A DNA stretch of 63,713 nucleotides, the filler included, from Craspedostauros australis (Eukaryota), in NCBI GenBank assembly GCA_030167865.1. It is 9 parts of 9 records of this genome, joined end to end, with 100 filler letters (N's around TTAATTAATTAA, not from the genome) between each part and the next. Parts side by side here need not be neighbours in the genome. Positions count along the whole stretch, not along the records: positions 1 to 30,485 come from JALAGF010003347.1; positions 30,586 to 36,894 come from JALAGF010003350.1; 7 more parts are not named here. The stretch is one strand, 5' to 3'. Numbering within the stretch: the first letter of the stretch is position 1; each line of letters begins with the position of its first letter. Positions 22,838-33,900 of this stretch are shown here, in pieces. A model generated the notes under the pieces. That model was not told where the DNA came from, ran no database searches, and saw nothing but the letters and a program-made list of their open reading frames with translations. A program made the translations under genes and the position numbers.

Positions 22838-25087
22838 ATGGGACGCGGTGAACACTATGGCGATGAAGGCCTCTGGAGCAACACGTGGCGCGAGATGCGC
22901 CACAACCCCTGCATGATGTCGCCCCTCTCGGCGCTCATGATTATTTTCATCGGGCTCGTCATGTTTGTGACGCTCCTGCTGCAGGCCCCAGTCTTCCTGC
23001 TTGGCTTCCTCACGACGCCGATCCTCACCAGATCGGCATGGTTCATCGAATTCCTCTACCCATGGAACATCGCCGGGTGGGCGCACTTCTTTCTCATCAA
23101 GAAGACATCCAAATCCCGCCACCGCGACGACGACAAGAACCGCGGCTTCCATTGCCGTGCCGTGGAGCAAAAGATCGAGGTCATCAAGGATCGCGTCTAC
23201 ATCCATCCCATCCCGCAGCATCTCGACAACGTGGGATACCTCGTGCTTTGTCTGCCAGGCCGCAGGAACGACCGCAGGAAGTCGGAGAACGGCGACGCCG
23301 GTGACCCCATCGTCGCCCTCATGGTGGACTGCGGTGACGCCGAGGAAACCAACCGCGCCATAGAGCTGGTGCAGAAGTACCACTACCCCAACAAACCGTT
23401 CCAGCTGCAGGCCATCTGCAGCACGCACAAGCACCATGATCACACGGGCGGCAACCGTCAGATGCTCAGAATTCATTCGGATCACTTGAATGCCATCTAC
23501 GGCGGTGAGGTGGAACGCGTGCCGTACTGCACTCACCCGGTCGTCAACGGTGACCTGCTGGAGATGCCAAAATCAGGCGGCAACGACATGGGCAGGTACG
23601 TGGAGATTGAGGTCGCCGCAGTGCCGGCCCACACGCGCGGCAGCGTCGTCTACATCCTCAGGACCAAGCAGCAAAGCAACGCCAACACTTACGTGCAGGC
23701 GCAATCCACCGTGGAGTACATGTTCACCGGGGACACCATGTTCAGCGGCGGCGGCGGCGTTCCCTTCGAGTCCGATCTGGGATCCGATTCCGATTCCAAA
23801 CTGAGCAAGAGCAACGGCAACACCATGTTTAGGGCAAGTTTGGGTCCGTACGCCATCGAACGCTGTTTCGCGGAGCTTCTGGTGCGGGCGTTGCCCAACG
23901 CGGGGCCTGGCGAAGACGTCGGGGAGCGCATCATGGTGCTGCCAGGCCACGAGTACTCCGCCGAACTGCTCACGAGACAATTCCATGCCAACATGATGGA
24001 CTCGTGCAAATGGAAGAACTTTCCACCGCGCGAATTCTTCGAAACAGTCTCGCAGATGTACGTGGCGTTGCATCGCCAGTCCCTGCCACACAACAGCGGC
24101 AAGCTCCTCGCAATCCCAACCCCCCTGAGGAAGGAGCTCTGCATCAGCCCGCACTTCCGATCCATGAAACGCAACGCAGAACTTGTCGTTCGCGCTGTCG
24201 TGTTCTGGCATTCCAACTTCTGCAAGGACCCTCTGACGGACGCGGAACGGAAACGATTCCGCAAAATGAAGACGAACCAACGAGCATCGATGGATGACGA
24301 GGATGATGAGTACGAAAAGGAAGGCAAGACGCCCTCCAAGGCAAGACGTTGGGTCGTCGACAGCAACGACATCAGCCGTGACGTCTTCACCACCGTGTAT
24401 TCCGCCGATCTCGAAGACGTCATCAAAGGCCTCGCGTCCGGTGGCATGCGCCGTGGAGATGCGGCACAACGCCTTCTCGAATTACAGGCCAAGCTCGCCA
24501 CTCCCGTCATCAACCGCAGACCCATCCCGGGGTACTTGCCGTCGGACAAGAATATCTTCAAGGGCGTGGCGGCGTTGGCGTTGCTGGGTGCCCTGCCCTG
24601 CGCAATGACGCTGTCGGACAGCAGGGTGATGAAATTGCAACCTCCCATCGACTCCAATAGCGACCGCATCAAGATCAGCAAGCAGCGGTTGATTCTCATC
24701 CTGGATCGTCTCGGCGCATTCGAGACGGAAGACGAAGGTCCCGAAGTCATTGCCATGATCGACAGGCTGTGGAATGAATCGAGGTTCTACGCGTTCGGCG
24801 GCGATGGCAAAAGCACCGACCTGGAAGCACCGCACGTCGATGAGCTGGAGCTGGGCGTCCTCAAGTGGATGATATACGGCATACCCTCCAACCAACCGTC
24901 CTGGTTCTCATGCTTCTGCATGCCATGCTCCGGAGGCCCGCCGCGCAGATCGTATCCCGAGCACCCGGCCAAGGAGATGCAAAAACGCGCAGGTGATCTC
25001 GTCGCGCACGATGTCTTGACTTGCTACCTGTGTCGCAACGCAACCGGATGTCCCGATGCCCCTGGCAAGTCGAAAGCCTCCAAGTAG
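22838..25087 (+). CDS. Membrane-anchored hydroxyacylglutathione hydrolase (glyoxalase II)/PNKD-like metallo-beta-lactamase-fold protein with long C-terminal extension
   Basis: DNVGYLV, VDCGD, STHKHHDHTGGN, PAHTRGS, FTGDT and PGHEY motifs. N-terminal TM segments. Start set at ATG 22838 (caacATGg), where coding-like composition begins. Confidence 0.85.
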   Translation: MGRGEHYGDEGLWSNTWREMRHNPCMMSPLSALMIIFIGLVMFVTLLLQAPVFLLGFLTTPILTRSAWFIEFLYPWNIAGWAHFFLIKKTSKSRHRDDDKNRGFHCRAVEQKIEVIKDRVYIHPIPQHLDNVGYLVLCLPGRRNDRRKSENGDAGDPIVALMVDCGDAEETNRAIELVQKYHYPNKPFQLQAICSTHKHHDHTGGNRQMLRIHSDHLNAIYGGEVERVPYCTHPVVNGDLLEMPKSGGNDMGRYVEIEVAAVPAHTRGSVVYILRTKQQSNANTYVQAQSTVEYMFTGDTMFSGGGGVPFESDLGSDSDSKLSKSNGNTMFRASLGPYAIERCFAELLVRALPNAGPGEDVGERIMVLPGHEYSAELLTRQFHANMMDSCKWKNFPPREFFETVSQMYVALHRQSLPHNSGKLLAIPTPLRKELCISPHFRSMKRNAELVVRAVVFWHSNFCKDPLTDAERKRFRKMKTNQRASMDDEDDEYEKEGKTPSKARRWVVDSNDISRDVFTTVYSADLEDVIKGLASGGMRRGDAAQRLLELQAKLATPVINRRPIPGYLPSDKNIFKGVAALALLGALPCAMTLSDSRVMKLQPPIDSNSDRIKISKQRLILILDRLGAFETEDEGPEVIAMIDRLWNESRFYAFGGDGKSTDLEAPHVDELELGVLKWMIYGIPSNQPSWFSCFCMPCSGGPPRRSYPEHPAKEMQKRAGDLVAHDVLTCYLCRNATGCPDAPGKSKASK

Positions 25088-25670
25088 GAGGAGAACTGAT
25101 AAAACAGAACAAACCACAGCATGACATGGCACGGCACGGCACACAACGACTTGGTTGCATGCGGCAAGGATTATGCTCATATAATACATTGGAAGAAACA
25201 TTCACAGAATAGATAGCGAGATATTGCTTGCTTCAGCAGGATTCCCACACACGAACAGGAGAGGCAGCAGGGTATACATACTTACCATACTCTCTACTCG
25301 TACGACTACAGCAGAAGCACTATCGTAACAACTAAAGCAAAAATAGACGAAGTCCTTTGCCGGGATGTGCATGTCACGTTGGTGGATGTGTCCACATGGC
25401 ATTGGTACGAATACGACTTACACGTACGAGCACGCATACGAGTAGATTGTGCGGCTGCCGAAGTACGAAATCTTTGGCGCCTTGTCGGCCACAACAAGAT
25501 TCATTTTGGCGCCATAATTCACTCCGACTTGTGCAAGAATACCGACATTCCGAAGTGTAATTGCATCCGTACCCGTTGGTTTTCGTGCCATACTCGTACA
25601 ATACATATTATATGATATTATAGAATACTATCGTACTCCATCGCATCCAACACAACAACTTAACATCACA

Positions 25671-26875
25671 ATGCGTTCCTTCAACCTCGACTTCAACACC
25701 ATCCTCATTCTTGGCCTCGCCAACGCCATGCTCTGCCATGGATTCGCAGTGAAGAGCACGTCGTCGCTATCGCATCAATCACCAACAGCGCTGTGTGCGG
25801 CGCCACCCTCCGACCTGGAACATATCCTCGCCGTCGCCGTCGACGCGTCCAAGCAGGCTGGGCAGATCATCTTGGGAAATGCGGGTGGCGCCGATGTTAG
25901 CAAAAGCAAGGCCAACAGCCGTGATCTCCTCACTCTCATCGACCCATTGTGCGAAAAGGTAAGAGCTCTGTGTTGATTGCATTGTAAACAAGGAAAAACA
26001 CGGCGATTTCAATTATTGTGGCAAAGATGTTGGGATACTAGTACTCGTAGTAGTACGTGCATTGCACTCAACGTATTATATATGATGTGGCATGCCTCTC
26101 AATGCGGCGTGCTGACCATACTTCATCATGAACAATCCCTGCCCCTCCACTCCATTGTCGAACATACGTATCCGAATCTCAACAACCGCAGACCATCAAG
26201 GAGACGGTCCTCGCTTCCTTTCCTGATCATGCCTTCTTGGGAGAAGAGGACGTGCCTCCGGGCAAGGATGCCAGCGCGGCTGCCTTGGCAAGCAAGCTCG
26301 ACAATGCCAAAGATCAGTGGTTGTGGATCGTGGATCCCATTGACGGTACCACCAACTTTGTGCACGGCATGCCACTGTCCATGCCCAGCATCGCGGCAAC
26401 GTACAACGGCGAGGTCATGGTGGGCGTGATTTACGATCCCCACCACGACGAATTGTACACGGCCACGAAAGGCGGAGGTGCCCGCATGAATGGCGAGACC
26501 ATCACGGTGGGCGAACAATCGGAGCTGGGCGATGCCGTCATCGCCATGGGCAGTCCGCCGGCGGAAGAGAGCATGGAGATGAGCCTGCGCGGTGTCAAGG
26601 CGTTGATGCCGAAGGTCCGGACCATCCGCATGATCGGCAGCGCCGCCATCATGCTTGCCTGGGTCGCCAATGGACGGCTTACGTGTTACTGGGAGTATGA
26701 TCTGAGTTCGTGGGATGTCGCGGCAGGCGCCCTGTTGGTACAGGAGGCGGGCGGCCGATTCACGGATCTGGAAGGCACTGATTTCTCCTTGCAGAATCGC
26801 AAGATCTGTGCGAGCAATGGCAAAGTCCACGAGGCTGTCCTGGACGTGTTGAACAACGAAGCAGGCGTGGTGTGA
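25671..26875 (+). CDS. Inositol monophosphatase family protein, probably plastid-targeted; 2 exons (25671-25958, 26192-26875)
   Basis: [19 protein letters not shown] and WDVAAG signatures. Signal peptide ends CHG/FAV (ASAFAP-like). GTAAG...CAG intron in frame. Confidence 0.92.
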
Positions 26876-27074
26876 AGCGACGCAAGAAAGCAAACAAGCA
26901 AAGGGCGCGAAAGAGATACTCCGACATAGAATAGTTCTATTCGGTGCGGCATACCAGATAGGAGCATAGTAACAATACGTGGTTGCTAGTTGGTATTGCT
27001 TGTTTCTCAACCACCAGCATGCGGCATGGTTTCACTCCAATCACCAACAAGCGACCTACGAGTATTCGGTCATT

Positions 27075-28833
27075 CTATTCCTCTTCCTCGTCATCGCTTG
27101 CCTCTTCGTCATCGTCGCTGGCCTCGTCGTCGTCGTAATCGTCGTCGTCATCACCATCATCATCATCATCCCCCTCTTCGTCTTCAACTGCTGCTTCCTC
27201 CACTTTTGTCGCAGCCGGCGATTCGTCAGTTTGTGCCGCGGCAACGCCTGTGGCTTCATTCGCCTCAGCGTCGGGTGGTGTTGGCAATTCCATGGCAGGC
27301 CTGGCCTTGAAGGGACGCTCGAGATTGCGTCCCAAGATGTAGACCTGGAACAATGGGTGGTAGACCAAATTCAACACGCCGGTGCAGGTTTGTATCAGCA
27401 GAGGCTGCACCTGCCCCATCTTGAAATGTAGCATCCACATGAAGAGCATGTTGAATATGACGCCGCCCTGCATGCTGTTCGCCTGCTTACGATCATACTC
27501 CATGATGGTGGATTGGGAAGAGAGGAATGACGATGCCAGATTCTTGATCATCCCGTTGGCCATGGTGCTGGATGACGCCTCGTTCTTTTCCAGCTGCGAT
27601 TTCAACACGGTCGAGAGCGGGTTGCTCAATTCGATCGGCGTTCTGTCGTTGTTGATCTTCGCCATAACTCGCACGTATATTATGAAGAGCTGCTGCAGCA
27701 CGAGGTGTGCAATGTATGCAAACCTGTTGTCGTTTCAGTACGCATCAGGAGAATGGGGAATGTCAGCATTTGAACGTGGCTTGGAATGGTATCGCATGGT
27801 GTGGCGTGGCATGGAAAAAGAGGATCCAGCGCTGTTGCAAATCAAACGAAAAAACAACGACAACAACAACAACCGCCGACTGCCAACTCACAGCTGCAGC
27901 TTGGTGTTGCAATTGCAATTGCATTTCTCATGCTCTCTTTCTCGTTGACCAATTGACTCACCTCATGATTCTGACCACCGTTGGGTTGAAGAGGTCAATC
28001 TTGTTGGCAAGCATCATAGCTCCCACAGTCGTGTATATTGCCATGATGGGTGACTGGAAGTAGGGATCGACGTAGTCCTGAGACTTTTTCTTGATGCTGG
28101 AGACGAGGGATTCATCCGTTGCCTCTTCTTCTTCCTCCTCCTCTTCGACGTCATATTCTTCCTCCTCAACATCGTACTCGTCTTCTTCTTCTTCTTCTTC
28201 TTCCACATCAGTGTCATATTCCTCGTCGTATTCGTCCTCCTCTTCGACATCACCAGCTTCGTCAGGTTCCTCTTCTTCGTCGAGATCTTCTATCTCCTCA
28301 TCCTGCGGATCAATGCAATGCAGACGAAAAACAAACACGTGATGAAAGTAATGTGGTGAATTGAGGAATCCATCATGCAGACAAAATGTGAGACTTGATT
28401 TCATTCCATTCCGTGGAGTGCAACGCGATAGCAAGCGAGGCAATGCAACGTCATGCAATGCTATGAATTGAGAAAGAAAAGATGGATCAGACGCTGTTCC
28501 AGCCGACAATCATTTGGCATTCACTTCCTTCCATTCACCCCTTCGAATCTTCACAAGTGCCACTCTTTCCAGCATCCTCACCTCGGTGATGTCTTCCTCT
28601 TGTTGCTTGGCGCCACCTCTGGGAATCGCAAATGCGATGGAGTCTTCCAACGCAAATGCAACATCACGTTTCCTCCTCTGCAGCGATGCAGTTGCTGGTG
28701 CTGCTGAGGATGATACAGCCGATGGCCTGCGCAGTGCCTCCGATGTCGGAATATTTGCCGCAGCGATCACCAACGCGATGATGCAGCAACGGCCAACGGA
28801 CAACGCCGCACTTGGGGATCGGGACGCCATCAT
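27075..28833 (-). CDS. PHO88: PHO88/SND3-family ER membrane protein with signal peptide and acidic tracts; 3 exons (28833-28582, 28302-27962, 27723-27075)
   Basis: TIMEYD and HFKMGQVQPLLIQ...HPLFQVYILGRNLERPF match the Pho88 consensus. Two GTGAG...CAG introns join three ORF pieces in frame. Confidence 0.8.
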
Positions 28834-29854
28834 CTTGCTCTTCGCCCTTGTTCGAACCTCTTCTCTTTCGTCTCGTCTTCGCTCTTGACTTCACGTCTCG
28901 GTATCAGTCTCCGTATCCGCACTTGCAAGATGGCACGAGTATGGTGGCTCGTCCCGATACTCTGTCGGCTATCTTGTGTGTGGATGCCGATTTGGGTGGT
29001 TGGTGGCGAACACAAGCGGAAAAACAAGAGAAAAGAGGAAACATGGCGATTTGCATCCGAGACATCGTTTGTGCCGATGTTTGGATTCGAAATCCACACA
29101 ACCAATCACTGTTTCCACGTGGCGAGAGCGGCGTAGATCGTATTGGCAGAGTAGAACTGTTTGACGAAGATTCCATCACGCGACTCACATGATCGCTTTG
29201 ACGATTGTGTTTGATGGTATCATTCGGGATTGAACATGTGGTACCGACTGTGTAAGTTACGGTAAACATATTATTTCACTCGATTTGACATACAAGAACC
29301 GATTCGCTGCTTCAACGTGTTTTCGTGGTTGACAACATCACACACACATCACAACGTGTAGGAGAATGTCGCAACTATTGGAGCCACGACCGCACGAGCC
29401 GGAGACATGGAGCTACGATCGCATGAATCGGAAACACAAAAGATACGACGACCACACAGCAGCGATCAAGACGCAACAGCAGAGAGAAATGAGAAGGCAA
29501 ACATCGAAATACGTGCACGAACGCTGATGGAACAGAACAAAGCGAAACACAACAAAAGTAGCAAGGTATGCCTCATATTCCCTACACAACACAGTTAGCA
29601 CACACACTGATCATCCACAGTCGTTACCATCAGCCCAGATTCCAATAGTTTATCAGGACCTTCGNCTCACTGATCGTTCCCGGACGCTTGCTGTTGCCGT
29701 TGCCGCCGCCGTCGCCGTTCGCCGTTTGATTGAGGCATTGAGGCATTTTGGGGCAGTTTGGTTTTGAGGCACTTCTTCGCGCGGAGGATTCGACTGTTGG
29801 GGGGGATACCTGGCGCTATCTCGAACTGAGACTGCTACGCACTGCGCTTGCATC

Positions 29855-30901
29855 ATGATGGCTCGCTCTGTTGAGGGGATTGTCACCACATCCGGTTTCC
29901 GGATGCCCCGCGAGCCGCCTGACAAGACAAAGCAAACCGTCGAATTCCTCCGCACCGTCCTCGGGTTTTCCGAACCCTTCATCTACCTCGCCCCGATGTT
30001 TGAGACCAAGCAAGCACGCGATGGCCTGGATATCAAACGCGTCCTCCGGAGGGTGGGATTCCTCTCACGTCTACAGACTGGATCTATATTGATCCACCTG
30101 CGATGCCCCGCCACAACCTGCTCGCTTATCCCAGACTTGATTGCGCTCCATCGCTTTCGCGCGTACATCGAGAAGGATTTGGAGACCATCGCTCCAAATC
30201 AAGTTCTTGAACCAGATCCTGACGACATAACCAAGGATGCATATGCAGCTTTTTGTGACACAGTGCTGTCCCCAATACAGGACATCACCAAGGCAGTCAT
30301 CTCACACGACAAGCACGCACAGAAGAACTCTGCGACATGGTTCGGTATCCCTGAACTCACTCCGACCGCATGGCTCAAGTGCATGAAAGGGGGTTATGAC
30401 AGTAACTTCCCGCCAGAAATATATGGCGACTTGGCCACTTTGCCATCACCTCCAGCCATCAACATCATGACACCATGTACTTCCGNNNNNNNNNNNNNNN
30501 NNNNNNNNNNNNNNNNNNNNNNNNNNNNNTTAATTAATTAANNNNNNNNNNNNNNNNNNNNNNNNNNNNNNNNNNNNNNNNNNNNCGCGTCATTCTTCTC
30601 GTTCGGAACAGCCATTGGAAGGTCGATGACCTCAACCAACTACAGCATTCCGGAGTCCGAGGCGACCACCCAAGGCAGCCATCCGGAATCTTCCGATGAG
30701 CAACCCAACGAAGTGGAGAAATCCATTCAGGAGGTCCGAGCCAAGCACCAGGCAGAACAAGACCGCACGACTGTGCAAGAACAGTCCAAGCGGATTGCCG
30801 AACTCGATCGAATCATTGCGGAGCTACAATCCCAAAAAGAAGGGGATCAGCGTCCGCACGTCCCTGCTTCAAGCACGAGCAGGGAAGGATCCAAAGACTA
30901 G
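29855..30901 (+). CDS. Putative LINE ORF1 fragments (29855-30485 and about 30626-30901, separated by a gap)
   Basis: Open frames directly upstream of ORF2 on the same strand, with a coiled-coil-like end (EQSKRIAELDRIIAELQSQKE). No recognisable domain. Confidence 0.45.
30486..30585. other. Assembly gap with artificial TTAATTAATTAA linker (also 36895-36994, 40530-40629, 42526-42625, 47003-47102, 51480-51579, 53423-53522, 58391-58490; plain N gap at 40243-40335)
   Basis: The same 12-mer, giving stops in all six frames, is centred in each 100-nt N block. Confidence 0.97.
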
Positions 30902-30950
30902 CCAAGGGCTGGGAGTAAGGGAAGCACCAACACCCGCTCCTGCAAGCCCA

Positions 30951-33900
30951 ATGGGTGCATCGGAGGAGGATTCGGGTCGCGATGAGCGAAGCCTCCACGA
31001 CCAAGAATGGGGAGACACCACCCTCAACAAGAGTACGTCCAGTATCAGGTTAGCTGCTCTGAATGTAGGGGGGCTCCCCGAGCTTGGTCGACACTGGAAG
31101 AATAAGGATTTATGGCAGTGGCTCAAGCAGGAGAAGATCGATGTGGCCATGCTCTCAGAAATTGGGATCAACTGGTCGAAAGTATCGAACTCTGACTCCT
31201 GGAAAGAGCGCACGAAGAACTACATTCAGCAAGCACGCCATTCACTAGCATACAACCGACACGAGACCCTGGGCACTGCCAGACAATGGGGCGGGACAGG
31301 ATGTCTAGCCATGGGCCACCCAGCTGGGAGATTTCGATCCAGGCAGGATGACCCCAAAGGACTTGGTAGGTGGACTAGCATGACGCTGAACGGCAAGAGA
31401 GGCAACTCCATCAGAGTAGTAAGCGTCTACGTTCCGACGAGAGGGGGATCAGGCGCTGGCACAGTGTTCAACCAACAGGCATCATGGCTGGAAGCCAACG
31501 GGTACGACAAGACTCCAATACAACAGCTTCTCGTGGACCTTCAGGCAGCCATCGAAGGTTGGCGATCTGAAAACCAAACGGTGATCATAGGCGGGGACAT
31601 CAACATGCCCGTGGAAAAGTCCCAAATGGCAACCATGCTGCGACAACAAGGCCTCAAGGAGGCAATTCTGTCACGACACGCTGACACACCCAAGGCCGCG
31701 ACGCACATCAGGTCGGAGTCAGACAGGGTGATCGACGGAATATGGGTGTCGGAGTCGATTCACGTCGTGCGAGCAGGCTACAGCAGCTTCGGCCGCTGGG
31801 ACCACCGCACCGCATGGATCGACGTGGAAGCAGAAGACCTGTTCGGGACATCAAGCCAGCCGGCCAAGAAATTTGAAGGTCGTCGGCTACGGATGAACCT
31901 CCCACAGACAGTGGCCAAATACCAGTCGAACCTCCGCACGGCATACGCCAGTACAGGGCTCCCTCAAAGAGTGCATGAGCTATGGAAAACGGTCCAGCGA
32001 CACAAGACTATCGGTTTGCAGGGCCAACGAGAAATGGAAGCCATCGACGACATCCGAGCGAACGCTATGCGAGCCGCAGAAAAGGGATCGAGGAAAGTGT
32101 TCATGGGGCGGGTCCCGTACTCGCCGCACATCAAGCAAACTGCCTTGCGAAAGAAATTCTGGGACTAGGCGTGGAAACGAAGAAGCGGGAAAAAGGTGAG
32201 CGCCCGGTACTATGATAGAACCAAACGACAAGCCGAGGTGAGCCAACCAACATCACACATGACAAACGACGACATCGACACGGCCAGGAAGGCAGCCCAC
32301 AAGGAATGGCTCGAGGTGAAGAAGAGTGCGCTGCAACACCGACGAAGCTTCCTCGAAGAAAGAGCAGACGAACAGGCCCTCGCCGGCAACCAAAAGGCGG
32401 CGGCGGCTCTGGTGGCGATCATGAAGCGCGAAGAGACAGTCGAGACGTTCAAGGCGATCCGACAAGCTATCGGCAATGCAGACGCAGGCAAAGTCACCAT
32501 GGTCATCGAGACGTCAGATGACGGGGAAGAAACCATCGCAGACGGGGAGGACGCAGTCATACAGGCGTGCATGAAGGCCAACGAAGGCAAGTACAGGCAG
32601 GCGTACGCGTCCCCACTGCAACGCACGCATCTGGAAGCCGCGGCAATGCAGTCCGGCGCCACAGGCGTCCTGCGGTCGTCTGACGACCTCGACGAGCACT
32701 CACTTATGCTTCTCGAGCAGCTACAGCAATCTGGAGCAGCGCCTCCATGGCAGCCAGAGCAGCTGACACTGACGGTGGAGGATCACCAACAGCAGTGGTC
32801 AAAGGCAAGGGAACGAACTGCCTCCGGCCCGTCCGGACTACACTTTGGTCTATGGAAGGCCAACGCCAAAGACGAGCTGCTGGCCAGCGTCGATGCGGCT
32901 ATGCGCGAGATTTCGCTTCTCACGGGGTACAACCTCAAGCGGTGGCTGCGGTGCACCGACGTAACATTGCTCAAAGAGGCCGGGAACTACCGCGTGCATC
33001 GCTTCCGTACCATAAGCCTGGTGGAAGGCGACTTCAATGCCAACCTCAAGTGGATCGGACGAGAAATGATGCGTCATGCGGAACGGCAATCTCTGCTACC
33101 GGAGGAACAATACGGCAGCAGGAAACAGAAGAGCGCCGCGGAGGTCAGCCTCAACAACCGCCTCACCGACGACATTATCCGACTCACAGCATCCACCACC
33201 ATGATCTGCTCCAACGACGCAAAGAGCTGCTATGACCGAATGGCCCATGTTCCTCTTCTGCTCAGCATGACAGCTTTGGGGGTTCCAACCCACCTCTCCG
33301 TGGGAGTGATACAGTCAGTGGAGTCCATGCAGCACCACGTTCTCACAGGTTACGGAGTGTCCTCCACAACATACCCGACCGGTGGCAGCAAACTACAAGG
33401 GCTCTTGCAAGGGCTGGGCATATCACCTGCAGGGTGGGTGGCCATGAGTTCTCCGCTGATGCAGGCAATGTCGGCGAAAGGCTTTGGTTTCAATACAATC
33501 AGTCCAGTGTCCCGCGAGAGGGTCAAGCTGGTTTGCTTCTCATTTGTTGACGATACGGACCTCATACACACCCTCCGAACGAACCCTGGCGACAAGATAG
33601 GGTGCATGAAAGAGATACAAGCCGTGGTCGACGCCTGGGAAGGCATGCTGCGAGCTACCGGAGGCGCGTTGGAGCCGTCCAAAAGCTATTGGTATCTGCT
33701 CTCCTTCAAGTGGTCCGAGAAGACATGGGAGTACGTGCCAACGGAGCAGTTTCCGGGATCCATCAGCATACGAAAGCCGGATCAGGAAACGCGAGCGACT
33801 CTCTCCAGGCTTGAAGTCCACCAGGCAAGAAAAGCGCTGGGGGTCATGGTACGACACGATGGAGTCCAGGCAAGCAACATTGACTACTACATTCAGAAGT

